Shown in pieces: positions 43,596-55,480 of a DNA stretch of 64,000 nt; the first letter of the stretch is position 1; each line of letters starts with the position of its first letter. The stretch spans positions 5,704,001 to 5,768,000 of the forward strand of contig JBHGNT010000016.1 in the NCBI GenBank assembly GCA_043228905.1. Direction: 5' to 3'. This DNA is from Azolla caroliniana. Lineage: Eukaryota; Plantae; Polypodiophyta. The position numbers and the translations under genes are program-made. The notes beneath the pieces are model-generated. The model saw only the letters and a list, made by a program, of their open reading frames with translations, searched no databases and had not been told where the DNA came from.

Positions 43596-44015
43596 ATATT
43601 TCCTTGACTCACCTTTTAGGAATTTCTTCGACTCTTTTGTCTCGACAAACATATTTCATGTAATTGTGAACTTTATGCTCTAAAGAAACATGGCAATAAA
43701 AACATCGAGGGTATTTCGAAGTTTCGCACATACTACATGTACTTGAAATACATACACACCTATACACACAATCATTCATGCATACATACATACATACATA
43801 CGTACCCATACACACAATCATGCATATATACATACAGTACCTATACACACAATCTACGCACATACACACATACATACATGATACATACATACATACATAC
43901 CTACATATGTGTGTATGCAAATACACATGCATACTCATACACACACAGTTTGTGTGAGGGAGACGGACACAAAACAAGACACACAGACGCGGTTTTGCGT
44001 GGATAGCTCCTAGCT

Positions 44016-46950
44016 ATGGTAGGTCTCTCTCTCGCGGAGAAGAAATATCTTTCGGATGGTATTTCTCAGGGGCTTCGTTGCGACGGTCGCGGTCTTCAGG
44101 ACTTTAGAAGCTTTTCCATCGATCTTGAAGTCATTCCTCAGGTTCTTGTTCCCCTTTTCCTCGATTCTCTGTTTTTCTTCTTTTCTGGTTATGGAATATT
44201 TGACACATAGAACTGCTAATGAAATTTTGACACATAGAACTGCTAATGAATTTTTGACACATAGAACTGCTAATGAATTTATATTCATTGTTAAGTCTAG
44301 GTAATGAATGTATGTCAAGGATAAGACGTGAATGAACGTTATGGTGTCCTAATGAGCATGTGTTTTGAATGCTTACTTTTTGTATGCTAAGGAAATCAAG
44401 GTTCTGCTGTGTTAGAGAAAACAAGGTGCCATAGATGTTGTTTAAGAATAGATCATGAATATATGTTAAAGTATACCTAAAGAATGTATGTTAAAGGAAC
44501 CCTATGAAATAATCGTCCTTTGATTGAAGAAAACAAGGTGAGTGATTTTGTTAAAGAAGAGAAGGTGAGTTGATGTTGTCAAAGAATGGATGTGGGTTGT
44601 GAGGGAACACATAACGGGTATATGTTAAGAAATACGTAACGAATCAATGTGAAGGAATACCTAACAAAATAACCCCCTCTGGTTAAAGAAAGCAAGATGA
44701 GTGCTGGTTGAAGAAAACAAGATGATTTATTTCGTTGACGAAACCTTAAGAATATCTAATTAATGTATGTAAAGGATATCTTATAAATTCATGTTAAGGC
44801 TCTCTGATTGAACTATCTCAAGTTGCTTAAAGAAAATAAAGTGAGTGGATGAACTCAACTGCGATAACAAGGAATTGAGAAGCACTAGTGAAGCTTATGG
44901 ATATCTTTATAATCTCATTTGCTTGGCTAGGATCTTTTTAGTCTGGATAAAAATAAGAAGCAATATTGAAGCTAGAAAAGTTATTTAAATCTAATTTTCT
45001 TTGCTGGTATTACAGAATAATCGTAGGTTACATTTATATCAACAAATTGGAGATATATGTTTTCGGAATATAAGCATCGATTGAGAATCTCATATATGAT
45101 ATTCTAATACAGAGAGGGCTTAGATGCAAAGAGATAGATACTAGGTATATAGATATATAACTCTCATGACAATGCCAAATAAGACCTTTGGACCTTTGGG
45201 ATTGGTAGGAAGCTACCCTCTGTGATGTTATAACTATTGTACTTGGTGTCTACAGGCAAATGGATCTGCACGTGTCAGGCTTGGAGCTACAGATGTAATT
45301 GCTAGTGTTAAGGTGAAGACCTTGTTATTGTGCATTTATCCTGATTTATAAAATATACAGTTCTCTTTTGCAGAAACACGATCCATATAAATTATATGAA
45401 TATGATCTCTAAAGCTAATATGGAAAACATGTCTTGCAAATCTTGTATGTATGTGTTGAGCAAATACTATATGCATATGATGTGATAGTATTGTATAGGA
45501 TAGCTTTTCTTTGTGGACCCATCTCTACAGAAGTTGGTGTTCACCAAATAATAATTGGTGATGTGTAGTATTATCACTGAGTAAAGCAGGTACCTAATTC
45601 TCGTGTATATGTATTTGACTAGTCAAATATCATTCTTGTGGTCATAGTTTAATATATGCTTTGACTGCCAACCTAATTCTCTAGCGTGCAGAATCACCTA
45701 ACTCTCAACATTGCCCTCTGTAGGCAGAACTTGGAAGGCCTCATTCAAGTAGACCAAACCAAGGGAAAATCGAAATAAATATCGAGTGTTCTCCCACAAC
45801 CGCCCCACAGTTTGAGGTAAATACATTGATATATGCAAGCAACAGTATATTCCTATCAAGAATTTTGAATTATATCATTGATTGTATTAATATATCAGGG
45901 CCGAGGTGGAGAAGAGCTCTCCTTGGAACTTTCAAGGGCTTTGCAACGAAGCCTGCTGGGTGGTCAAAGTGGTGTAGGTGAGCACCTATGTTCTCTTCTT
46001 ATCCTTATAAATTTGCGCTGTCATTTAATGCATACAAATTTGTATATCAATGATCTTGCAGGAGCTGCGATAAACCTATCAGCATTGAGCATATTTGATG
46101 GAAAGCTTTGTTGGAATCTCTATATCGATGGACTTATTCTTAGCTCTCAAGGAAACCTGTTGGATGCTTTAGCCATTGCAGTGAAGGTATACAATAATGC
46201 TTTAAAGACATTGATAAGCACTGTTCTCTCATGTTCATGTGCATGTGTAAATCTCCATTAATCACAGGTTATACATGCTATGCATTAGTTGCTATTTGTT
46301 ACATTATGCATATTCTTGATACTCTTGGCAGTTGCTATTATGAATCAGTTCTTATTTTCATTATTCATAATCTTGATACTTTTCGTTTCGCAATATGTAT
46401 TGGTTTGTTTTTGTTTTCTATATTCTGGAGAAGATTTTGACGGAAAATCTTTTTATGGACGGTTATGGTAGGCAGCTATGAGTAATACAGATATTCCTAA
46501 GGTAGAAGTTACCAATGGATCCACAGGTGAAAATGAAGCTGACTTTGAGATCAGTGATAATCCAGATGAATTTTCTAGGCTAGATACATCTGGTGTACCT
46601 GTCATTGTGACATTAACTAAGGTGTGACTCTTCTCATTGCTGCTGCCTGTTTTAATCCGATTTACTTCTTATCTATTAAAGGCATCTTTGTAACATTTTT
46701 TACCAAGGTTGGAAGAACATATATTGTTGATGCCACAGAGGAAGAAGAATCACAAATGAGTTCGGCTGTGTCCATAGCTGTGAATAGCCAAGGCCATGTA
46801 TGTGGGATAACGAAACGTGGAGGAGCAGGGCTTGATCCAAGTGTTCTTCTTGACATGATATCTGTGGCACGACAGGTGAGCAAAAGTCTTATCTCAACAG
46901 TCGATGCAGAAATTCTTGCCGCTGAAACTCGATCAGGTGGGGACATATAG
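44016..46950 (+). CDS. RRP42: Exosome complex component RRP42 (EXOSC7), 7 exons, about 290 aa
   Basis: Exons 44016-44141, 45256-45312, 45724-45816, 45899-45977, 46062-46186, 46472-46621 and 46708-46950. RNase PH-fold motifs MVGLSLAEK, RCDGR, PQANGSARVRLGATDVIASVKAELG, CWNLYIDGL, GNLLDA and IVDATEEEE. Confidence 0.96.
44199..44280. repeat. 27-bp minisatellite, 3 copies, in RRP42 intron 1
   Basis: TTTGACACATAGAACTGCTAATGAA, with its TGA at 44201, 44228 and 44255. Confidence 0.9.
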
Positions 46951-48503
46951 CTGTACTAACTGTTAGCACATTGTAAAAACAAGAAGATTTTACAACATAG
47001 GAACTAACAGGATTGGGAAATTGTGTAAAGATGATACGCCATTGATGTAATGGTTCTATGAACAAACATATGTGACATATACCTTATCATCAGAGATTTG
47101 TCCCAATTATCGGTCTACTTTTGGCTATCAGAACAAACATGAGATTAGGATGATGATGACAAATTTTGGAGTTTTTTGGTTGACGTTAAGGTTCAATTAC
47201 AGTTCATAAAAAATGGACTTACTTCTTGTGTAGCTTGTATTCAAAGGCACTGATGTGTTCTAAAGGTTTTTCTTTATGATTCTTTGTTTCTTATTTACCT
47301 CCCCTTTCTACCACTTGAAGAATTCTTTTTACTTTCATTTTCATCTCTTCTGAGAGTCATATGCTTCCAACATCTGGTATAATTTCATGTCATGATTGCT
47401 CAAACTATATAAGGTTATTTTGATTCTCTGTTTTAAGTTTCACAATAAAATAGAGGTTAGAATTTTGGGCAAGCATTCACTTCTCAGTGTGAGCAATCAT
47501 ATCAAGATTGCTCAAGCTATGATAAAGTTATCTTGATTCTCTGTTTTAAGTTTCATTACTGGATAGAGGTTAATTGAAGTGACTTTCTTCCATTAACACT
47601 CAAAAGAGTGACAGGATGATTGATAGTGCTATCGTGTTAAAACACTTGCCTGTGTATGAATGCTTTTCTTACAAAACTTTCTCATTGTCTACAGTAATTA
47701 TTCCCTCCCCATCAAATTTGCACATCATTTTTGCTCTGTGGATTTTTACTGTGAGACCTTGAACATTTCGGCATCTTTTTTGCATGGGTTCAATAACTTA
47801 TGATCCATATGTTTTCTTAGGCTTTTTATCTAATGTTAATTATGTCCTACAGTTTAATTCCCTATTTATGGATTGTACCAAAAGAAGAGTTGGAATGTAT
47901 GTAAATATGTGAAATAAACATGGGCTCGACTCAATTAGAGTATGTGAACAAGAAGTTTTTGCTAAGGGGGGGTGAATGTTTATTTAACACATAGAGAAGG
48001 GAGTGAATGAGGTTGAAGAAGTTAGAAAGGATCAATGAATATGCTATACAAATATGTTTGTTCTAGTACTATAGACATGTTTACCATCTGTTTGCAAAAA
48101 GACTGCTGTTACCATAGAGGTTTTTGCACCTTATTAAAATGAGGTACTACAGAAAACATAGTAATTTCCCTTCCCAACATGATGAGCTACAAAAAATAAT
48201 AAGAAAATAGACTGTTTATAACGATGAATCTGAACCTATTAATTGGAATTAAGCTGATGTAAACACACCATCTTCAACACCGAAAGGAATTTGTGAAAAA
48301 AATATAGAAACCGCTGATACCATCATGATGATGTGGTTAATGCTTAAAAAGAAAAGAATTATGATTGACGTTAGATTATACAACATTTGATCAACTGATC
48401 AAGATGTTCGATTTGACACCAAGTCTATGCAGCATGACCTTTGATCGAATGATAATTGAACGGAAGTGGATAACACAAACATCCTCGGATATACCAAGAC
48501 AGT

Positions 48504-49696
48504 TCAAATCGTTGCCAAAGGATTGCTCGTTTTCCTTGCTCGACAACGTTCCCCTACAACACAACATTTACCCTGTCCATCAATACTAATAATAGAAGGA
48601 TATCTATTTCTTATACTGATTCACAAACTGTACATTAGCATGTTCAAATACTATGGGATTGATTGCTTGACCTTTACCTCGATGTTCTTTAGCGTATAGT
48701 TATCATGAGCTAGAATGAAATATGGATGACATCCTCGACTATCTGTTGGTGATGAGGCTAATCCATTGATGATAGGATCGATCAATGATACTTTAAGGCC
48801 GAAGATCTCCATTGCTACTTTTGCTTGCACGATTTGAAGAGTGGTGGGTGTCCCACAATGTCCAAATTCATCCAATGCTAACTCCGGAGATCCATGTGGA
48901 GATATCCTCACAATCCTCTCTATCTCCACCCCTAGGGATACCTCCCTCTCGATCAAAGATTGTAGGATGTGGAGAAGTTCCGGTGTTTTGCCTTGAATTA
49001 TTTCCCCATGCTCTGTGCTCCATATCACATCATCTAGAATCAATTTAAAACCCCCAAGATTTCCCAATCAAACTGCTGATGATTTCACAAGGCAAATTCT
49101 AAGACATTTTTTTCCACCACGACATACATTTTCTTTATGCTACACAAAATTACATATATACAAATAGAAGCAAGCACATGTATGTATGTATGTATTGTAT
49201 GTATTTTTAGTGTAGCTGATGTATCTAAGGTACCTGTGCAGTTGGCAAGCATAGATTCGGGGTCGCGAAACTTGCATAAGGAATCATTAAAGAGTTGCCA
49301 CCGCACTTGCAGGTGCCTGAAGATCGCGTGTAGCTCGGCAACCGATCTCAGATGCCAAACAACAAATGCCTGATGTTCATCCAGGTAATCCATCTCACCA
49401 TTTCCATTGCCATCGCCATCGATCCGATCGTTAGTTACAATGTGTTTAAGATCTCTAGCGCGACTCGATTTTCCTCTAAATGTGCTTATTAATCCTGCTT
49501 CTTCTTCATTTTCGTCATCATCGATGACCATCACGCTCGAATAATCGTGATCCTCTGCATCCTCCTCCATATTATTGGTGTCGATGGGTGAAGATGATGG
49601 ATGGTTGTTGATCATAGAGGTGCTGCTGCATGAGCACGCGAAGATGTGCCGGAAAGCTCCGAGCACAGGTCGAATCAAGGGATGTTGGCATGCCAT
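48504..49696 (-). CDS. Uncharacterised protein, probable NTF2/SnoaL-like fold, about 295 aa
   Basis: Exons 49696-49234 (donor CAG|GTACC, phase 1), 49033-48672 or 48678 (acceptor TTCTAG) and probably 48572-48504. Splicing joins two long ORFs in frame to give WQLFNDSLCKFRDPESMLANCTDDVIWSTEHGEIIQGK. A 5'UTR intron is predicted at 50547-49761. The fold call is pattern recognition only. Confidence 0.65.
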
Positions 49697-50748
49697 GAAT
49701 CTAATCGATCAAACTTATATATGGATGCAGGTTCAATGTGAATCGACCATGGGCTCCATCCTAGAAAGAAAGAAAGAAGTACACATGAATCATCAACAAC
49801 GAATTTCCAACCAGTTTCGGAGTAGTTTGCTTTGCAAATCTTGTAAAAAAAATTTAAGACAATGGGTTCAAAAGTAGTGGATGTAAAAACCCATTGTTAA
49901 GCGAAGAATTATGGATTCAAGATAGTTTTTCCTTCTTCTGTTTTGATTATTTATAGAAAACTTGATATAATCAGAAATGTTGTTGGCAAAGCTGTTTTCA
50001 GAATATTTAGAGGATTGTGTAGGAAATATCCCTATCTGTTGATCTATCTATCTCTCTATCTATCAGAGTTCAAAATCCTTCGTTATAAATAAAACCAACA
50101 TGAAATTGTATGTACCCAAATCCTTAGCTATTCTATTAAAACCCAAACAGAATTGGTTCAAACAATTCCTACCTATCTTAAACCCCGACTTTGGTCATGT
50201 TTGTCTAAATGGTTAGCTGCGGTGATTACATGGATAGTTTGTTATGAATCAGATAACATATTAATTTGGCTAACGTGAAACGTGCCAGAAATCCTTAGCT
50301 ATATACTCAAACCTGAATTTCTGAGAGTGATGTATGATCAAAGTTCTTAGCTATATAAAAAAAAAAGCCCAATTTGAATTGATGGTCAGCAAATTCATAA
50401 GCTAATATTAGGAGGCGAATTGAATTGATCATTGCGAGTGTAGCGAATCAAAAGTTATAATATATATAATATGTAACGGGACAATTTGTGTGCTAGAGAG
50501 ACAGGGACAGGGACAGAGAGACAGAGAGACAGAACAAGAAAACAAACCTCAAACGTTGATCTTCATCAGAAGTGAAAGGAATGAAAGAAAACGAAAGGAA
50601 AGGGAAGGAAAGGTTGAAGACGACGATGACTACAACAACAAATACTACTATTTATGTATTTATGTGGGGGTATGTAGGCAAATTTTCTGATTTTCTGTTG
50701 GTTGTGTAATAGCCGAAGGGGGAGACAGACAGACAGACAGACAGACAG

Positions 50749-50757
50749 AAACCCTAA
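50749..50757 (+). promoter_or_regulatory. Telo-box (AAACCCTAA)
   Basis: Exact motif in the upstream/5'UTR region of the minus-strand gene. Reverse-complement copies occur at 20168-20176 and 23518-23526 near TRS33/RPT3. Confidence 0.4.
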
Positions 50758-50904
50758 AATGAAAGACCGACCATCATCAATGGCCGTCTGAGCAGAGCAG
50801 ATGAGGAGGGACTTAATTATGAAACCCCATCCATGGTGTTCCCTCTGTTTCTGTTTCTTCTTTCTGTTTCTTTATTTACATACGCTTCTTCCTACAATGA
50901 TAGC

Positions 50905-51409
<505 letters not shown>

Positions 51410-51411
<2 letters not shown>

Positions 51412-51615
51412 GGGAGGGGAAGAGAATTGTTTCAATTGATGGCCAATGGAGACCAGAAGGTCATGGGTTCAAACCCTATATTCCACAGTGGCATCTAGTT
51501 AATTAAGAGATTATGTGTGGAGTAATAGAGTGGTGAGAAAATTTAGGTTTTGAACATAAAGACATAGTGTTTGTAGTGTAACAACTCACCAACTACTAGG
51601 CTAATTACAATTAAA
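51410..51615 (+). mobile_element. tRNA-derived SINE, copy 2
   Basis: GAGACCAGAAGGTCATGGGTTCAAACCCTATATTCCACAGTGGCATCTAGT aligns with the reverse complement of 22430-22490. B-box GGTTCAAACCC. Confidence 0.75.
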
Positions 51616-51619
51616 GAGA

Positions 51620-52832
51620 GAAAAGAAAGAAAGAAAGATATATTAACGTCTTCTAAGGCCAAAATTGGCCCATGAGACAAATGGTGTACAACAAAAATGG
51701 GATATTTACCCATTCATCGAAAGTAAAAATAAAAATAAGATAAAATAGAGTTTAAGCTAAATAGTTCTAAGAAAACAACAAACATGTTCTATATAAAAAA
51801 CATGTTCTACAATGAGAATGATTCTATACTAGGCCTAATTTCATTTCCATCCAAGTCTCTCGAAGAGAAGCGGGGGGTCAAAGGGTTGCCATGATGTGGA
51901 TGTGGCCCGTGGTCCCCATGTAAGAGGTACCCCAACCATAGCTTCGAGTTGACGTAGCTCACGTTCCCTTATATTCTTAATCTTTTCTACTCCACGTTGA
52001 CTTGTGTTGAAGCCCAACATCCGAGGACGTTTGGTTGCTCTTTGTATTTCTGCTTCCTCAAGGGAGAGGCCGAGCGGCGTAAGTGTATCCACATTCATCG
52101 TCTCCCCATGTTCCTGAAAAATTACACTAGGTACATGTTGATGAGTAGTAAAAGGGTTATGATTAACACTTTGTAATTTATCCTCCCTATGTTGTTTTAG
52201 CTCTAAGATATACCTACCTAGTCTCTTTACACTCGGGGTATCTAATAGTTTGGAGAGGGTGGGAGAGGGTCCTAGTATGTCTTGGTATTCCGCCCGTATC
52301 TCGGCATAAGTTGGGCACTTGCATGTGAAGTGATACTCATCCTCTATCTCTATGTGGCATAACCTACATAGCCTTTCCTCTCTAGGGACTCTATTAGCTC
52401 GACCATTCTCAATCTCAAGTTGGTGAGATGATATCCTAAGTTGTCCAATGGCCACCCTTAGTGCATTTGATAAGAAAGTATCTAGGTATCTTGGTCGTGT
52501 AATAAACCCTAACTTAGAGAAGTGCAAGAAGTGTTCCTTATAGTACACCATTTTAGATGAGAGTGGCTCTCGTGGGGTGATCCATTTGTATCGAGTGTAG
52601 ATTTGCCATATTTCTTGGCGTATCACTTTATTACGATCTTCACGAGAGATTAAAGTTTGATCAGTCCCATGGTTGTACTTAAGGGGAGGTAGGTTATTAA
52701 TGTCTATGCCATTTGCAAATAACCAACTCACCACAATGCTATACCAAGAGTTGGTGTCTCCAGACACATGTAAGGATCGGGATGCCTCAAAGGCTCGACG
52801 GGATATCCTATCTTGTGGTTGACTATGTATCC
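51620..52832 (-). mobile_element. 5'-truncated RTE-X-like LINE, copy A
   Basis: Uninterrupted ORF2 C-terminus (AIGQLRISSHQLEIENGR...PREERLCRLC..EDEYHFTCKCPTY zinc knuckle), 3'UTR and (TTTC)n tail. (GA)n at both junctions. Confidence 0.92.
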
Positions 52833-53011
52833 GAGAGAGAGAGAGCTTTATAAGATATTTGTAGACCAATTGTGTCCCCCCAATTTAGCTGTGACACTAG
52901 TCAATTGTGTAGTTTTATACAGTTGTGTCCCCCCAGTATCATGTAGCGGTGACACTATTCAATTGTGTAGTGCTTGCCACATATTTATTAATATAATTAT
53001 GCGTTTTCGAG

Positions 53012-54224
53012 AGAAAGAAAGAAAGAAAGATATATTAACGTCTTCTAAGGCCAAAATTGGCCCATGAGACAAATGGTGTACAACAAAAATGGGATATTTA
53101 CCCATTCATCGAAAGTAAAAATAAAAATAAGATAAAATAGAGTTTAAGCTAAATAGTTCTAAGAAAACAACAAACATGTTCTATATAAAAAACATGTTCT
53201 ACAATGAGAATGATTCTATACTAGGCCTAATTTCATTTCCATCCAAGTCTCTCGAAGAGAAGCGGGGGGTCAAAGGGTTGCCATGATGTGGATGTGGCCC
53301 GTGGTCCCCATGTAAGAGGTACCCCAACCATAGCTTCGAGTTGACGTAGCTCACGTTCCCTTATATTCTTAATCTTTTCTACTCCACGTTGACTTGTGTT
53401 GAAGCCCAACATCCGAGGACGTTTGGTTGCTCTTTGTATTTCTGCTTCCTCAAGGGAGAGGCCGAGCGGCGTAAGTGTATCCACATTCATCGTCTCCCCA
53501 TGTTCCTGAAAAATTACACTAGGTACATGTTGATGAGTAGTAAAAGGGTTATGATTAACACTTTGTAATTTATCCTCCCTATGTTGTTTTAGCTCTAAGA
53601 TATACCTACCTAGTCTCTTTACACTCGGGGTATCTAATAGTTTGGAGAGGGTGGGAGAGGGTCCTAGTATGTCTTGGTATTCCGCCCGTATCTCGGCATA
53701 AGTTGGGCACTTGCATGTGAAGTGATACTCATCCTCTATCTCTATGTGGCATAACCTACATAGCCTTTCCTCTCTAGGGACTCTATTAGCTCGACCATTC
53801 TCAATCTCAAGTTGGTGAGATGATATCCTAAGTTGTCCAATGGCCACCCTTAGTGCATTTGATAAGAAAGTATCTAGGTATCTTGGTCGTGTAATAAACC
53901 CTAACTTAGAGAAGTGCAAGAAGTGTTCCTTATAGTACACCATTTTAGATGAGAGTGGCTCTCGTGGGGTGATCCATTTGTATCGAGTGTAGATTTGCCA
54001 TATTTCTTGGCGTATCACTTTATTACGATCTTCACGAGAGATTAAAGTTTGATCAGTCCCATGGTTGTACTTAAGGGGAGGTAGGTTATTAATGTCTATG
54101 CCATTTGCAAATAACCAACTCACCACAATGCTATACCAAGAGTTGGTGTCTCCAGACACATGTAAGGATCGGGATGCCTCAAAGGCTCGACGGGATATCC
54201 TATCTTGTGGTTGACTATGTATCC
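53012..54224 (-). mobile_element. 5'-truncated LINE, copy A' (tandem duplicate, period 1392 bp)
   Basis: The 342-aa ORF is identical at 51841-52869 and 53233-54261, and the spacer is duplicated as well. Confidence 0.92.
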
Positions 54225-54411
54225 GAGAGAGAGAGAGCTTTATAAGATATTTGTAGACCAATTGTGTCCCCCCAATTTAGCTGTGACACTAGTCAATTGT
54301 GTAGTTTTATACAGTTGTGTCCCCCCAGTATCATGTAGCGGTGACACTATTCAATTGTGTAGTGCTTGCCACATATTTATTAATATAATTATGCGTTTTC
54401 GAGAGAAAGAA

Positions 54412-54859
54412 AGAAAGAAAGATATATTAACGTCTTCTAAGGCCAAAATTGGCCCATGAGACAAATGGTGTACAACAAAAATGGGATATTTACCCATTCA
54501 TCGAAAGTAAAAATAAAAATAAGATAAAATAGAGTTTAAGCTAAATAGTTCTAAGAAAACAACAAACATGTTCTATATAAAAAACATGTTCTACAATGAG
54601 AATGATTCTATACTAGGCCTAATTTCATTTCCATCCAAGTCTCTCGAAGAGAAGCGGGGGGTCAAAGGGTTGCCATGTGGATGTGGCCCGTGGTCCCCAT
54701 GTAAGAGGTACCCCAACCATAGCTTCGAGTCGACGTAGCTCACGTTCCCTTATCTTCTTAATCTTTTCTACTCCACGTTGACTTGTGTTGAAGCCCAACA
54801 TCTGAGGACGTTTGGTTGCTCTTTGTATTTCTGCTTCCTCAAGGGAGAGGCCGAGCGGC

Positions 54860-54862
<3 letters not shown>
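54412..54862 (-). mobile_element. Shorter LINE 3' fragment, copy C
   Basis: Same 3' end, truncated at about 54862 into (AG)n. Differs from copy A by a 3-bp indel and several substitutions. Confidence 0.9.
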
Positions 54863-54909
<47 letters not shown>

Positions 54910-55014
54910 ACTTTCTATAATACTTGAGAGACCAATTCCGAGCTATGGTATCGGTTCCGTCAAATAGTTGGCTTTTGATGATACGATGTAAAATACCATG
55001 CCAACAATGATAAA

Positions 55015-55480
55015 GAAAGGAAATAAAGCAAGCTTATATTAATGTGTTTTAAGAAGCCAAAATGGACTGCAAAACGAAACACGAGGTAAACATCTTACAA
55101 TAGAATTAAATTGAATAGAGTTGTTATCATCCATGAGGAGGTCAATCAAAGATAGAGTGTAAGTGAGTGAGCTTTAGGCATGGAAGACAAGACATCCAAA
55201 TAGCGGTGGAATGCTAACCTATAACTAAAGATTGGTTACAAAACAATGTTGAGATATACTTCCCAATCCCATCAAATCTAGTAAATAATATCGAGGCTAC
55301 ATTTTGACAAGAGGAATTTCCTTATTAGTTCTTACATTGTATTGAATCTACGATGAGCATAGGTGATGTGTCAACTAGGTGTAGTTTATGGTGCACTAAT
55401 TCTGGCATTGCCCTACACATTTGACCTACCTAGTTATAGCATTCCACACTTATAATTGAAAGCTCCTCAAATTCACAAAC
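55015..55480 (-). mobile_element. Old LINE 3' remnant
   Basis: TATATTAATGTGTTTTAAGAAGCCAAAATGG resembles the family 3' end; the interior is decayed. Confidence 0.35.

Noticed and set aside
51841-54261. Tandem host genes encoding a 342-aa zinc-finger protein
   Set aside because: This is the C-terminus of LINE ORF2; the apparent start lies in spacer/(GA)n sequence outside the element.
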